From positions 1 through 39,773 of the forward strand of contig JAEEKC010000111.1 in NCBI GenBank assembly GCA_016282215.1: 39,773 bases of DNA. Reading direction: 5' to 3'. The position numbers and the translations under genes were made by a program. The notes under the pieces were generated by a model. It searched no databases and was not told the origin of the DNA. It saw nothing but the letters and a program-made list of their open reading frames with translations. Numbering within the stretch: the first letter of the stretch is position 1; each line of letters begins with the position of its first letter. Source of the DNA: Lachnospiraceae bacterium (lineage in GTDB: Bacteria; Bacillota; Clostridia; Lachnospirales; Lachnospiraceae). Shown here piece by piece: positions 23,957 to 33,574 of this stretch.

Positions 23957-23997
23957 CGTGCTCCGCTTCGGTTTTTCATACCGGACTTTACACTACC
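23957..23997 (-). promoter_or_regulatory. Conserved ~40-nt leader element, copy D (upstream of the 946-aa ORF)
   Basis: Sense strand: GGTAGTGTAAAGTCCGGTATGAAAAACCGAAGCGGAGCACG, ending 20 nt before the ATG at 23936. Confidence 0.6.
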
Positions 23998-24124
23998 TCT
24001 CTTTGCCCGGCAGATCTATACTGTGATAGACTGCCGCGGTTTTTATCTGCGTTTCTGATCATAATACAGCCGGCAGCTGCATTCGGTTGCATGGCGCGGC
24101 TGAACTGTTACCCCTGCCGGCAGG

Positions 24125-26854
24125 TCAGGTATATAAAAACAGAAGGCCGAAGGTTCCCGCGCCGCTGTTTACCGCAATGGTAGGAGATGCCTTCTGGAAA
24201 ATGATCCTGTCAAAATCCATATGCCTTTCGATCTCTGCCTTGATGCTGTCAAGGTCATTCTGGGTCAGTCCCACATAAGTGACGAATAAAAGTCTTTTAT
24301 CAATCCTGTGGGGCATATCCAAAACGCCGGTGATATATCCTGCCCAGGCCCGCTCCCTGCTGCCGAAGAAGACGCGTCCCACCTTCATTTTGCCTTTTTT
24401 CATGACCAGAACCGGATGCAGCATAAACGCATTGGCGATCTTTGCCGTCTGCTCGCTCATCTGGCCTGTGGCAGCCAGGTGATCTAAGTTTGCGACAATA
24501 AAACTGGTATGGACTTTTTTCTTTAAGGTTTCCAGTTCTTTGGAAATCTGCTCAGCACTCTTTCCTTCCTGCGCCATTCTGGCAGCCGCGATCGCCACCA
24601 GCCCCTGGCCGCTGGAAAGCTGCTGCGAGTCCACCACGGTAATATTATCAAAGGACCGGGCGGCTTCTCTTGCCGGAATACAGCCGGAATCCTCAAGCTG
24701 CGCGGAAAGGGAAACATGGATCACATGGTTCGCGCTCTGCAGGCCTTTTGCAAAGAAACTTTCCAGTTCCGAAACAGTCGGCGGCACGGCCCGGATGCCG
24801 GAAGCATTTTTTTCCATATAGGAAAGCACGCCCTCCTGATCCAGTTCCAGCGCATCGCGGAACACGCCGTCTCTGGTTTTTACCATATGCGGGATCACGC
24901 CGATCTGATAGGATTCGAGCATCCACTTGGGAATATCCGCAATGCTTTCCGTTGTGACCAGCACCCTGGCTTTCTTGCCCTGCCTGTCGATCCAGCTTAA
25001 GCTTTCCTCTGTGATCTCCTTCTCTTCTTCATAGACCGTAACCAGGTCTTTGGGCAGGAGACGACGCACCTCGTTCTCTAAGTCCTCGCCGGTTACGGGC
25101 TTGACCAGATAACCGTCAAAGCCTTCTTTGGCATAAATTTCAGCGTTTTCTTTTCCCGCATTGGCCGTCAGCGCAACGACTGCGGTTTCCCGGTTCATGC
25201 CGCCGGTCTGCGAGCGGATCTTGTGGAAGCATTCGATACCGTCCATGCCGGGCATCAGGTGATCCATCAAAATCAGATGATAATATTGATTCAGTGTCTT
25301 TTCGAGAGCCTCCTGACCGGAAGAAGCCGTATCGATCCGGATTTTGGTATCCCGAAGGAGTTTGCCCACCACCAGAAGATTGGCGGAAGTATCATCCACA
25401 GCCAGGATCCTGGCATCCGGCGCTTCAAAGCTGCGGCGGTATCCGTGCTTTTTCTGTGTCAGATGACGTCCCTTGCCGCCCGGCTGCTGCACAGGCTCTT
25501 CATTGATGATCTTCTGGGGAATGTCAATGATAAACGTGGAACCTTCCGTATATACGCTGTTCACGGTGATGGTTCCGCCCATCAGATCCACAAACTGTTT
25601 GACAATGGAAAGACCGAGGCCGGTTCCTTCAATGTACCGGTTCTGATCTTCATCTTCCCGTTTAAAAGCCGTGAACAGATGGGGGATGTTCTCTTTTTTG
25701 ATACCGGTTCCCGTGTCCACAACGGTATAGATGATATGGGCCATGTCCTCGTCCGTCTTTTCCCACTGGAAAGACAGGGTGACTGACCCTTCCGGGGTAT
25801 ATTTGATCCCGTTGCCGACCACATTGACCAGAATCTGCTTGATGCGCACATCATCCCCGTAAAGCTCACTGGGAAAATCCGGTGCGATATTGATCCGGAA
25901 ATCCAGCCCCTTTTTCTTTGCCTGGAACCAGAACATTCCGGCGATATCGGAGAGCATCTCTCCTGTCTTGTATGGCGCCGGACTGATCTCCATCTGGCCG
26001 GATTCGATCTTGGACATATCCAGGATATCATTGATCAGATGCAACAGCATATTGCCGGCTGCCGCGATATTCTCGGAGTTCTCATTGATCTCAGGGGAAA
26101 CGTTTTCCCGCAGCGTCATCTCATTCAGACCGATAATGGTATTGATGGGAGTCCGGATCTCATGGGACATGTTGGAAAAGAACCGGTTCTGGGAGCGGCT
26201 CAGCCTTTCAATCTCCATATGCTGCCTGTTTTCCGCCAGCAGCTCTTTATTCAGACTGAATCTTGTATAGAGAAGCACCAGGCCCGAAACAACCTGCATC
26301 AGGGTAAAGGAAAAGAAATTAAAAAATGCATATTCCGATTCCCTGGTCTGCATGATCTGATCGATCTGGTACAGCCTTATGAACATCATCAAGTCAAAAC
26401 CAATTGCGATCAGAAGATAATTTAAAGGGTGTACATAGACACAGATGGGAACCAGCAGGGTGATCATCAGATAGGGTGTCGTATCGATCAGATCATTGAA
26501 GACTGCGTTGACCTGAACCAGGGAAAAGGACCAGCCGAACATGACGACCACCATCAGGGTATTGAGCAGATTCAAAACATGATATCTGCCTTCAAAATCA
26601 TTCACAACAAATCTGGCTATCGCCAGCCAGAGAATGGAGCTTACCACCAGAACAAGATAGACCATGCGATGATAAGGCAGACTGTTTAAAAACTCCTCAG
26701 GATCGGTATATGTCATGGCCAGCATCACCGCGCCGATCAAAAAGACTAAGATCACCACGATATGTGTCACACGAATGGTATTTTTCACTGCATATCTTGA
26801 AGTTTCCCTGTCTGTCTCAGACGGACGAAACAAAAACCGCAATATATCTTTCAT
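24125..26854 (-). CDS. Hybrid sensor histidine kinase: multi-TM sensor, HisKA, HATPase_c, receiver, C-terminal DegV-like domain
   Basis: H-box SHEIRTPINTIIG; N/G boxes VVGNGIKYT, DTGTGI, GTGLGLSIV; receiver ILAVDD...LILMDHLMPGMDG...ALTANA. The last ~283 aa align along their whole length with DegV/FakB-type proteins (RVLVTTESIADIP..., VVDSQQLSSGQG, FIVANLDHLAATGQM, IAVNSGAGTFGL). Confidence 0.85.
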   Translation of the reverse strand: MKDILRFLFRPSETDRETSRYAVKNTIRVTHIVVILVFLIGAVMLAMTYTDPEEFLNSLPYHRMVYLVLVVSSILWLAIARFVVNDFEGRYHVLNLLNTLMVVVMFGWSFSLVQVNAVFNDLIDTTPYLMITLLVPICVYVHPLNYLLIAIGFDLMMFIRLYQIDQIMQTRESEYAFFNFFSFTLMQVVSGLVLLYTRFSLNKELLAENRQHMEIERLSRSQNRFFSNMSHEIRTPINTIIGLNEMTLRENVSPEINENSENIAAAGNMLLHLINDILDMSKIESGQMEISPAPYKTGEMLSDIAGMFWFQAKKKGLDFRINIAPDFPSELYGDDVRIKQILVNVVGNGIKYTPEGSVTLSFQWEKTDEDMAHIIYTVVDTGTGIKKENIPHLFTAFKREDEDQNRYIEGTGLGLSIVKQFVDLMGGTITVNSVYTEGSTFIIDIPQKIINEEPVQQPGGKGRHLTQKKHGYRRSFEAPDARILAVDDTSANLLVVGKLLRDTKIRIDTASSGQEALEKTLNQYYHLILMDHLMPGMDGIECFHKIRSQTGGMNRETAVVALTANAGKENAEIYAKEGFDGYLVKPVTGEDLENEVRRLLPKDLVTVYEEEKEITEESLSWIDRQGKKARVLVTTESIADIPKWMLESYQIGVIPHMVKTRDGVFRDALELDQEGVLSYMEKNASGIRAVPPTVSELESFFAKGLQSANHVIHVSLSAQLEDSGCIPAREAARSFDNITVVDSQQLSSGQGLVAIAAARMAQEGKSAEQISKELETLKKKVHTSFIVANLDHLAATGQMSEQTAKIANAFMLHPVLVMKKGKMKVGRVFFGSRERAWAGYITGVLDMPHRIDKRLLFVTYVGLTQNDLDSIKAEIERHMDFDRIIFQKASPTIAVNSGAGTFGLLFLYT

Positions 26855-26912
26855 AACTGATCCCCTAAACTGAATACTGATTCATCACCGCATTTTCCCA
26901 AACGCTTATTTG

Positions 26913-29627
26913 TTACTTGTCATCCTCCGGCATAAATTCAAAAATGCCGTCGTTCTCTGCGTGTGCTGATCCGGTGACACCGGCCGCGTCCTGCGGCTGC
27001 GAACCTGCACCGGCGTCCTGTTGACTTGCTGTGGCACCGCCGGCGCCATCATCGGCATCACCTGCTGTATCATTTTTTGCATCCCCTGTAATCCCAAGAT
27101 AAGCCGCAATCCCCTCCGTAGTATGGCGGTAACGTTCCATGACCGTCGCATGATGGTTGATCACGGAAGAGACATCCTCATTTTTTGCCGCTTCTTCCAA
27201 TAATCTTGCCTGCTCGGAAAGATCCGTGGCGCCGATCATTTTGGCAGTGCTCTTTAAAGCGTGGATGGTGATGCTGTAGTTCTTCATATCCTGCTTATCG
27301 ATACAAAGCGAAAGACTTGCCCTCTTCTTTTCGCTGTCAGAATAGAACTCCTTCAAAAGTGTCTCATAAAACTGTCTGTCATCCTGACTGTAATGCAGAC
27401 CCTTTTCCACATCGATCCCGAAGAATCGGAGCAGCTGATCCTTTGCCGTTATTTCGCCGCCGGACATCTGATCACCGCTAAAGCTTACCGGTTTCTCTTC
27501 CGTTGCCCAGTCAGTGGCCTTTTCCCTTTCGATCCCCAACACCTTCGGCACACGGATCTTCTCTTCCCTTGTCTTGGGTCTTTCATATGAGATCATGGAT
27601 TTCGGCAACGCTTTTTTCAGGACGCCTTCGAGCTCTTCCATTTCCACCGGCTTGCTGACAAAACCATCAAACCCCTCAGATATGAACATTTCTTTGGCCG
27701 TACTCACCGCATTGGCCGTCAGCGCCACAACGGGCAGATCTCTTCTGCCGGTTTCCGTGCGCAGCCGCTTCATAGCCTCAACGCCGTCCATTTCCGGCAT
27801 CATATGATCCATGAAAACAATATCAAAAACATGCTCCGTTGCAAGCTTTATCGCCTCACTGCCGGACTCGGCGCAGGTCACGGTCATGCCATATCTGGAA
27901 AAGATTCCCCTTGCCACCATCAGATTCATCGGCTCGTCATCTACCACGAGTGCACGGACGCCCTCGCAGCGAAGCGCGCCATCCTTGGTTTCTTTTGTAT
28001 GGATATCGGAATTTAAGATATTGATCACAGGGAAGCAGTAAAAGGGTTTTCTCATGACACGGACATGGGATCCTTTTGGCGGCACGAAATCATCATTTGC
28101 CACAACCACCACCAGGAGTTTTTCAGCAAGCCGCTCGAGATACTCTCTGTTTGCCTCATATTCCACATCTCCCACAAACAGGTGCGTCATCTTCACGCTA
28201 TCCACCAGCTTTTGAAGTTTGGCAATGGTTTCCACCCGGTGCATCTGCACCTTCAGGCCGGTCACGATATCCCGGATCATGGCATTATAAAACTCACGTA
28301 CACTGGGATTGGAGAATTTTTCGAAACGAAGATAGGTGCCGAGGATCAGTTTTTCACTGTTTCTGGCCTTCATGCAGACAGACGGATCCGCCACCTTCTG
28401 GGGAATGCTGATCCGGACCGTGGTTCCCTGTCCCGGATCGGATTCGAGCGTCACAAATCCCTTCATGGCCGTTACAAAACCATGCACGATGGACATGCCC
28501 AGGCCGAGTCCGTTGGAAGAACGGTTCCTGCCGGAATTGGCCTGATAAAAACCTTCATAGACGCGCTCGATCTCCCTAGGCGTCATTCCGATCCCGGTAT
28601 CCGTCACATCGATACACAGATTGATACCATAGTCTTCTTCAATGGGATAAAGACGAACATAGACACCGCCCTCTTTTGTATATTTCAGGCCGTTTACGAT
28701 CAGATGCCATAAGATCTTTTTTAATTTTCCGCCGTCTCCGTGCAGAACGGAAGGCAGCACGGGATCCACATCGATGACCAGCTCCAGATGATCCGGTTTG
28801 ACAGACCGAAGCTGTGACACCAGGTCGCTTAAGACAGAAGAAAGCATGTAGTCTTCTTCATTGACCACCAGATGCTCCATATTGATCTCGGAATAATCAA
28901 GGATATCACTGATCTGCTCTGCCACGCGTTTGCCTGCCGCTTCCATGGATAACAGATCCGTGCGGATGTCCTCGTCCTTTTCTTTTTCTATACAGACACG
29001 GGAAAGACCCATCACGGCATTCACGGGCGTACGGATCTCATGGGACATGTTGACAAGAAAATCATTCATGGTCTCCGTCGCCTGCGTCAGCACGCTGATC
29101 CTCTCATCCGTCCGCTGCAGCACCTGATTCCAGGTCTGCATGATGATCTTTGCCACATAGCCGATGATATACATGACCACGATATGCATCATTGTGCGGG
29201 ATACAAACAGGGAATCGACATCGCCCCCGGATTTTACGTAGGCAGCGATATCGTATGCGAAAGTAAGAAAGTAGGTGACCATGGCGAGATTGATCAGGGC
29301 CGGAATGCCCGTCAGGATAAAGATCACCAGAATGCCGCACATGACAACGGCCAGGTCATAGGTACTGGTGGTGTGAATGCCATAGAAAAAGGCAATGAGC
29401 ATCATGAGCAGGGAATACACCCACAGCCTTGCCATCTCAGGAACTTTCTGGTGGATATGAAGGATCCAACTCAAAACCAGCCCGCAGGCTATGGGGATCA
29501 GCGCCCAGGTCTCCCATTCCAGCAGCACGGTGATTGTCATCAAAGCGACAGAAAACAGCGTATAGACGATCAAGATCATCAAATGCGCTGTCTGAAACAG
29601 TTCATTTCTTCCTAAATCTTCCCTCAT
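26913..29627 (-). CDS. Hybrid sensor histidine kinase: multi-TM sensor, HisKA, HATPase_c, pseudo-receiver-like linker, receiver, Hpt
   Basis: H-box SHEIRTPVNAVMG; LIVNGLKYT, DTGIGM, GLGLGMSIV; receiver ALVVDDEP...VFMDHMMPEMDG...ALTANA. The C-terminal IHALKSTAKMIGATDL matches the Hpt H.LK motif. Confidence 0.85.
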   Translation of the reverse strand: MREDLGRNELFQTAHLMILIVYTLFSVALMTITVLLEWETWALIPIACGLVLSWILHIHQKVPEMARLWVYSLLMMLIAFFYGIHTTSTYDLAVVMCGILVIFILTGIPALINLAMVTYFLTFAYDIAAYVKSGGDVDSLFVSRTMMHIVVMYIIGYVAKIIMQTWNQVLQRTDERISVLTQATETMNDFLVNMSHEIRTPVNAVMGLSRVCIEKEKDEDIRTDLLSMEAAGKRVAEQISDILDYSEINMEHLVVNEEDYMLSSVLSDLVSQLRSVKPDHLELVIDVDPVLPSVLHGDGGKLKKILWHLIVNGLKYTKEGGVYVRLYPIEEDYGINLCIDVTDTGIGMTPREIERVYEGFYQANSGRNRSSNGLGLGMSIVHGFVTAMKGFVTLESDPGQGTTVRISIPQKVADPSVCMKARNSEKLILGTYLRFEKFSNPSVREFYNAMIRDIVTGLKVQMHRVETIAKLQKLVDSVKMTHLFVGDVEYEANREYLERLAEKLLVVVVANDDFVPPKGSHVRVMRKPFYCFPVINILNSDIHTKETKDGALRCEGVRALVVDDEPMNLMVARGIFSRYGMTVTCAESGSEAIKLATEHVFDIVFMDHMMPEMDGVEAMKRLRTETGRRDLPVVALTANAVSTAKEMFISEGFDGFVSKPVEMEELEGVLKKALPKSMISYERPKTREEKIRVPKVLGIEREKATDWATEEKPVSFSGDQMSGGEITAKDQLLRFFGIDVEKGLHYSQDDRQFYETLLKEFYSDSEKKRASLSLCIDKQDMKNYSITIHALKSTAKMIGATDLSEQARLLEEAAKNEDVSSVINHHATVMERYRHTTEGIAAYLGITGDAKNDTAGDADDGAGGATASQQDAGAGSQPQDAAGVTGSAHAENDGIFEFMPEDDK

Positions 29628-29716
29628 GAAAGCGCCTCGTTTTTTTCGTTCTTATCCCCCGACCGGAACCGGGAACTTTTGCGCCGCCCTGCATAATCCC
29701 CAATGCAGTCGTTCTC

Positions 29717-30742
29717 TTACGGATACAAATACGGCCGCAGCAGAGAATTCTCTCCATCCGGATATACTGCATCCTGTGCGGTATTCCGTACCTCTTTCAT
29801 CAAAGCCACATTGTGCATGGAGATCTCGAAGATCAGCCCGAAAATGTGTGCGCTAAAGATCATATCATCCAGATCGAAACTGCCTTTTTCATAAAACCGC
29901 GTCAGGCAGATCAGCTCTAAGAGATGAACGCTTCTGAAAACGGAGATCAGCGGTCCGTCGATATGTCCGTCCTGAATGGTATCGAGAAGTTGCCTGTGTG
30001 CAAAATAAGCCGCTGTCTTGCGCAGCCATTTTTTTGCCTCGGGGACTTTTTCATAAAACTCTGCGCGTATTTTTCCTGCCTGCGGCAAAATGGAACGCAG
30101 GGTGACAAACAGCTGCTGCGAAACGTCATGTCCTTCAAAATACAAAGCATCATCGAGGAGTTTTTCCATCTCCTTCGGCGATTCATAGCATCCGAAAAGA
30201 CTGTCATCAAAACTGCCGGCAACCAGCGCTTTCATCAGTCCGTCCCGGAATGCTAACAACCGCTCGGTCCTGACTCTTAATTCCTCGGAAACTTCAATAT
30301 CCGCCTCTTCCTCGGTGCGGATAAATACCGGAGCATCTCCCGGAGATGTATAGAGAAGCCTTGCCACCTCACTACAGGCGATCAGGATCCTGTCCTGCCT
30401 GTAATGTCCGGCCATAACCTCCTGCTCCCGCGGATAAATATCACAGATCTTGATCTGGGCTTTTTCACCGTCATGAAGCCTGACAGAACAAAGCGTATCC
30501 TCTGTCAGAAACGGACAGCGACCGTTGTCTTTCAGGCGGATAAACCAGTCACCGTTTTCTTCCTGAAAAATATTCTCCCGCAGATAATCACCAAACTCAC
30601 CCTCGTAGTTTAAATAAAACTCCGCAGTCTCCGGATCCATGGGCAGTACCCAGGCATAACAGCACACGTCGATACAGGTCGTGTTACCCGTACAGGTAAA
30701 ACTGTCATAATAATCCGGTCGCTCCCGTATGATCTTTGTCAT
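29717..30742 (-). CDS. FliB-like Cys-cluster protein (flagellin lysine-N-methylase family / YkgJ-type)
   Basis: The N-terminus PDYYDSFTCTGNTTCIDVCCYAWVLPMDPETAEFY fits the F.C.G..C.D.CC..W.I..D signature of FliB-type proteins, plus DNGRCPFL...LC. The start overlaps the BMP gene's stop (ATGA). Confidence 0.55.
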   Translation of the reverse strand: MTKIIRERPDYYDSFTCTGNTTCIDVCCYAWVLPMDPETAEFYLNYEGEFGDYLRENIFQEENGDWFIRLKDNGRCPFLTEDTLCSVRLHDGEKAQIKICDIYPREQEVMAGHYRQDRILIACSEVARLLYTSPGDAPVFIRTEEEADIEVSEELRVRTERLLAFRDGLMKALVAGSFDDSLFGCYESPKEMEKLLDDALYFEGHDVSQQLFVTLRSILPQAGKIRAEFYEKVPEAKKWLRKTAAYFAHRQLLDTIQDGHIDGPLISVFRSVHLLELICLTRFYEKGSFDLDDMIFSAHIFGLIFEISMHNVALMKEVRNTAQDAVYPDGENSLLRPYLYP

Positions 30743-31866
30743 TTTCCGCCTCCGATATTCTCTGTAAAACTCTCATATTCCTCTGCCGTCGCCGGCGCTG
30801 TGATCTGTCCGGATTTGATGGAATCTTCTACCAAAAGCACGGCATCATAGATCTCATCCCGATAGTTTTTATGCTCGGCCGGTATACCGACCGCCCCTTC
30901 TGTCAGACCAAGGCTTAAGACCGTGCCGCCCGTCTTTTCGCCCATGGCATAGGATTCCGACACCCTTTTTGCCGCCACATCCACATTTTTCATCGAACTG
31001 GTGAGCACATGCTCCGGTGCCAGATAAGACTGATCCCTGTCCGCGCCGATCACATAATGATCCGTATCCCTAGCCGCCTCGATCACGCCGGTTCCGCTGC
31101 CACCGGCCGCATGAAGGATGATATCACAGCCCTGCGCGTAAAGTTTCCTTGCGATCTCGTATCCTAAGTCCGGATCATCAAAACTGCCGGTATACTCTGC
31201 AAAAAACTCCACTTCTTTTCCGTAAATCCCGGCCGCATAAGCAGCGCCGCCCATAAAGCCGTAACGAAAACTGTCGACGGAATCGATCCGGCTGCCGCCC
31301 ACAAAACCAAGCTTTCCTGTTTTGGTCATGGCACCCGCGATATAGCCTGCCAGAAAAGAGGATTCCTGCGCCCTGAATGCAACGCCCGTAACATTGGCCG
31401 GCAGATCCGATGGCGAGCTGTCCACCAGCGCATACTGCGTACCGGGATTTTCCTTTGCACATGCAAAGAGGGCCTCCTGACAATTATAGCCGACGCCCCA
31501 GATCAGATCGCACCCTTCATCGGTCAGCTGCTGAAAATTTGCCGGAAGGTCATCCTTTTTTTCCGTTTCTGTATATCTTATCTTTGCACCGCTTCTGACG
31601 GAAAAATCCTGCAGTCCTTCCCAAACACCCTGATTAAAAGACGCGTCATTGATCCTGCCTTCATCGGTCACCATAGCGACTATCATCCCGGCTCCCGGAG
31701 TGCCTTCTAAAGGCTCTTCCTCTTCCTCGGCGCCCGCTTCTTCGTTTTCCCAGATCTGCATGACATGGATCTCATCCGTTTTACCGCAGCCGGAAAGAAG
31801 TCCTGTTATCAACAGCACGGACAAAAGCAGGACGATCATTCTTTTTATCCGATCAGCCCTCGTCAT
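30739..31866 (-). CDS. BMP-family (PnrA/Med-like) substrate-binding lipoprotein, with no ABC partner genes nearby
   Basis: The lipobox is LLSG-C. VAMVTDEGRINDASFNQGVWEGL and GFVGG...F..GF..G are typical of basic-membrane-protein SBPs. The start overlaps the PP2C gene by 14 nt. Confidence 0.85.
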   Translation of the reverse strand: MTRADRIKRMIVLLLSVLLITGLLSGCGKTDEIHVMQIWENEEAGAEEEEEPLEGTPGAGMIVAMVTDEGRINDASFNQGVWEGLQDFSVRSGAKIRYTETEKKDDLPANFQQLTDEGCDLIWGVGYNCQEALFACAKENPGTQYALVDSSPSDLPANVTGVAFRAQESSFLAGYIAGAMTKTGKLGFVGGSRIDSVDSFRYGFMGGAAYAAGIYGKEVEFFAEYTGSFDDPDLGYEIARKLYAQGCDIILHAAGGSGTGVIEAARDTDHYVIGADRDQSYLAPEHVLTSSMKNVDVAAKRVSESYAMGEKTGGTVLSLGLTEGAVGIPAEHKNYRDEIYDAVLLVEDSIKSGQITAPATAEEYESFTENIGGGK

Positions 31867-33574
31867 TTTTCGTCCCCTTATAACGGATTGCCAGCATAGT
31901 CAGGTCATCAAACTGCGGTGCGCTGCCCACGAATCCGTCCACGCCTTCCTTCATCTGCCGGATCAGACCCTTTGCGTCGGCCTGCGGATCTTTGTTGATC
32001 GCCTGTATCATCCGCTCCGTACCGAAGAGTTCCTGGTCTGCGCTGGTGGCTTCCGGCGCACCATCGGTGTAAACAAATACCGCACCACCGGGCTCTATCG
32101 TAAATTCATAATCATGGTAAGACATGCCCTCCATGCCGCCTACGATAAAGTCATGCTTGTCTTTAAAGATCTCGAATTTCTCACCGGGTTTCTGAATAAA
32201 CGGATACTCATGACCGGCATTGGCCGCAATGACATGGCCGGTGGAAATCTCCAAAATGCCCAGCCATACGGTCACAAACATATCCTCTTCGTTGTTCTTG
32301 CAGATCTGATCATTTACCTGCTCAAGCGCTTTCCCCGGGCTGACCCCCATCATCACGTTATTGGCGATCAGGATCTTGCTCATCATCATAAACAGTGCTG
32401 CCGGTACGCCTTTGCCGGAAACATCCGCGATCACCAGGGCCAAATGATCCTCGTCGATCAAAAAGAAATCATAAAAGTCTCCGCCCACTTCCTTTGCCGG
32501 AGTCATGGATGCGAAAATATCAAACTCATCCCGCTCCGGGAAGGCCGGAAATACGCTCGGCAGCATGGAGGCCTGAATCTTCGTTGCCACGTTCAGCTCT
32601 GCGCCGATCCTCTCTTTTTCTGCGGTCACGGCTGTCAGATCCTTGATATACTGCTCGATCCTGATGGTCATGTCACTGAAGGAATAGGCCAGAGACGTGA
32701 TCTCGTCATCGGTCTTGAATTTGCTGACATCCGTTTTGATCCTGCCGCTCTGATAGGAATCCACCGTATCCGTCAGATCCCCAAGGGGCCGGATCACGAT
32801 GCGGCGGATATACAGGATCATCAGTACAACAACAAAAAGCATGCTCATTAGCTGTACCCCAACGATGGCCATAATGCCGCCCCGGATCCGTCTTCCGAGA
32901 TCCTCTACGATGAAATCCGCCTCCACCATGGCTACCATCTTTCCATTCGAATCAAAGAGAGGCGCCCAGGCGCAGACCGGTTTTCCGTATCCCGCATCCT
33001 GTCCGTATACAATGCCGGTGGAAGCACGCTCCGCCTTGATATCCGGTACCAGGATATCATAATCCCTGTCCAGATATTCATAAACATCTCCGGGCTTTGC
33101 TATGACGGAGGCATCATCTGCGTCAGACTGTCCTTCCACCAGATATGTAAAACTGGTATCGCCGGGCTTGTAAATATACAGATACTGGATTCCGGAAAAA
33201 TCCGTCTTGATCTGATTGAGCATGTTTTTCACTTTCACATACTCCGGATCATTTTCATCCAGTGTTTCGGAAAAATCCCTGACCCAGTCGCCGTCCAGTT
33301 CATGTGCCAGCATCCGTGTCAGTTCCTGCGCCTTTTCACTGTACTGGGTATAATAGATATTCTGGATGGAATTGACACTGATACAGGTAATAAAAACCGC
33401 CATCACCGCCATCAGCAAAATAAGTGCCGTGGTAATCCTTCTGTTCAGGCCTTTTGTGACACGTGTCCCACTCTGTCCCCTGTCACTGCTTTCCCTCTCG
33501 GCAGATCCGTTGTTTTTGAATTCCCGATTTTCCGACTCATTTTTTGCCAATTCTTTCTTCTCCCGCTCTTTCAT
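31853..33574 (-). CDS. Membrane sensor PP2C/SpoIIE-family Ser/Thr phosphatase (TM, Cache-like extracytoplasmic domain, TM, HAMP, PPM)
   Basis: ATKIQASMLP...FASMTPAKEVGGDFYDFF...LVIADVSGKGVPAALFM...YTDG..E is the SpoIIE/RsbU-type signature. Two TM helices flank a ~170-aa domain. I place the start at the ATG at 33574, which overlaps the GNAT stop (ATGA), rather than at 33625. Confidence 0.85.
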   Translation of the reverse strand: MKEREKKELAKNESENREFKNNGSAERESSDRGQSGTRVTKGLNRRITTALILLMAVMAVFITCISVNSIQNIYYTQYSEKAQELTRMLAHELDGDWVRDFSETLDENDPEYVKVKNMLNQIKTDFSGIQYLYIYKPGDTSFTYLVEGQSDADDASVIAKPGDVYEYLDRDYDILVPDIKAERASTGIVYGQDAGYGKPVCAWAPLFDSNGKMVAMVEADFIVEDLGRRIRGGIMAIVGVQLMSMLFVVVLMILYIRRIVIRPLGDLTDTVDSYQSGRIKTDVSKFKTDDEITSLAYSFSDMTIRIEQYIKDLTAVTAEKERIGAELNVATKIQASMLPSVFPAFPERDEFDIFASMTPAKEVGGDFYDFFLIDEDHLALVIADVSGKGVPAALFMMMSKILIANNVMMGVSPGKALEQVNDQICKNNEEDMFVTVWLGILEISTGHVIAANAGHEYPFIQKPGEKFEIFKDKHDFIVGGMEGMSYHDYEFTIEPGGAVFVYTDGAPEATSADQELFGTERMIQAINKDPQADAKGLIRQMKEGVDGFVGSAPQFDDLTMLAIRYKGTKNDEG

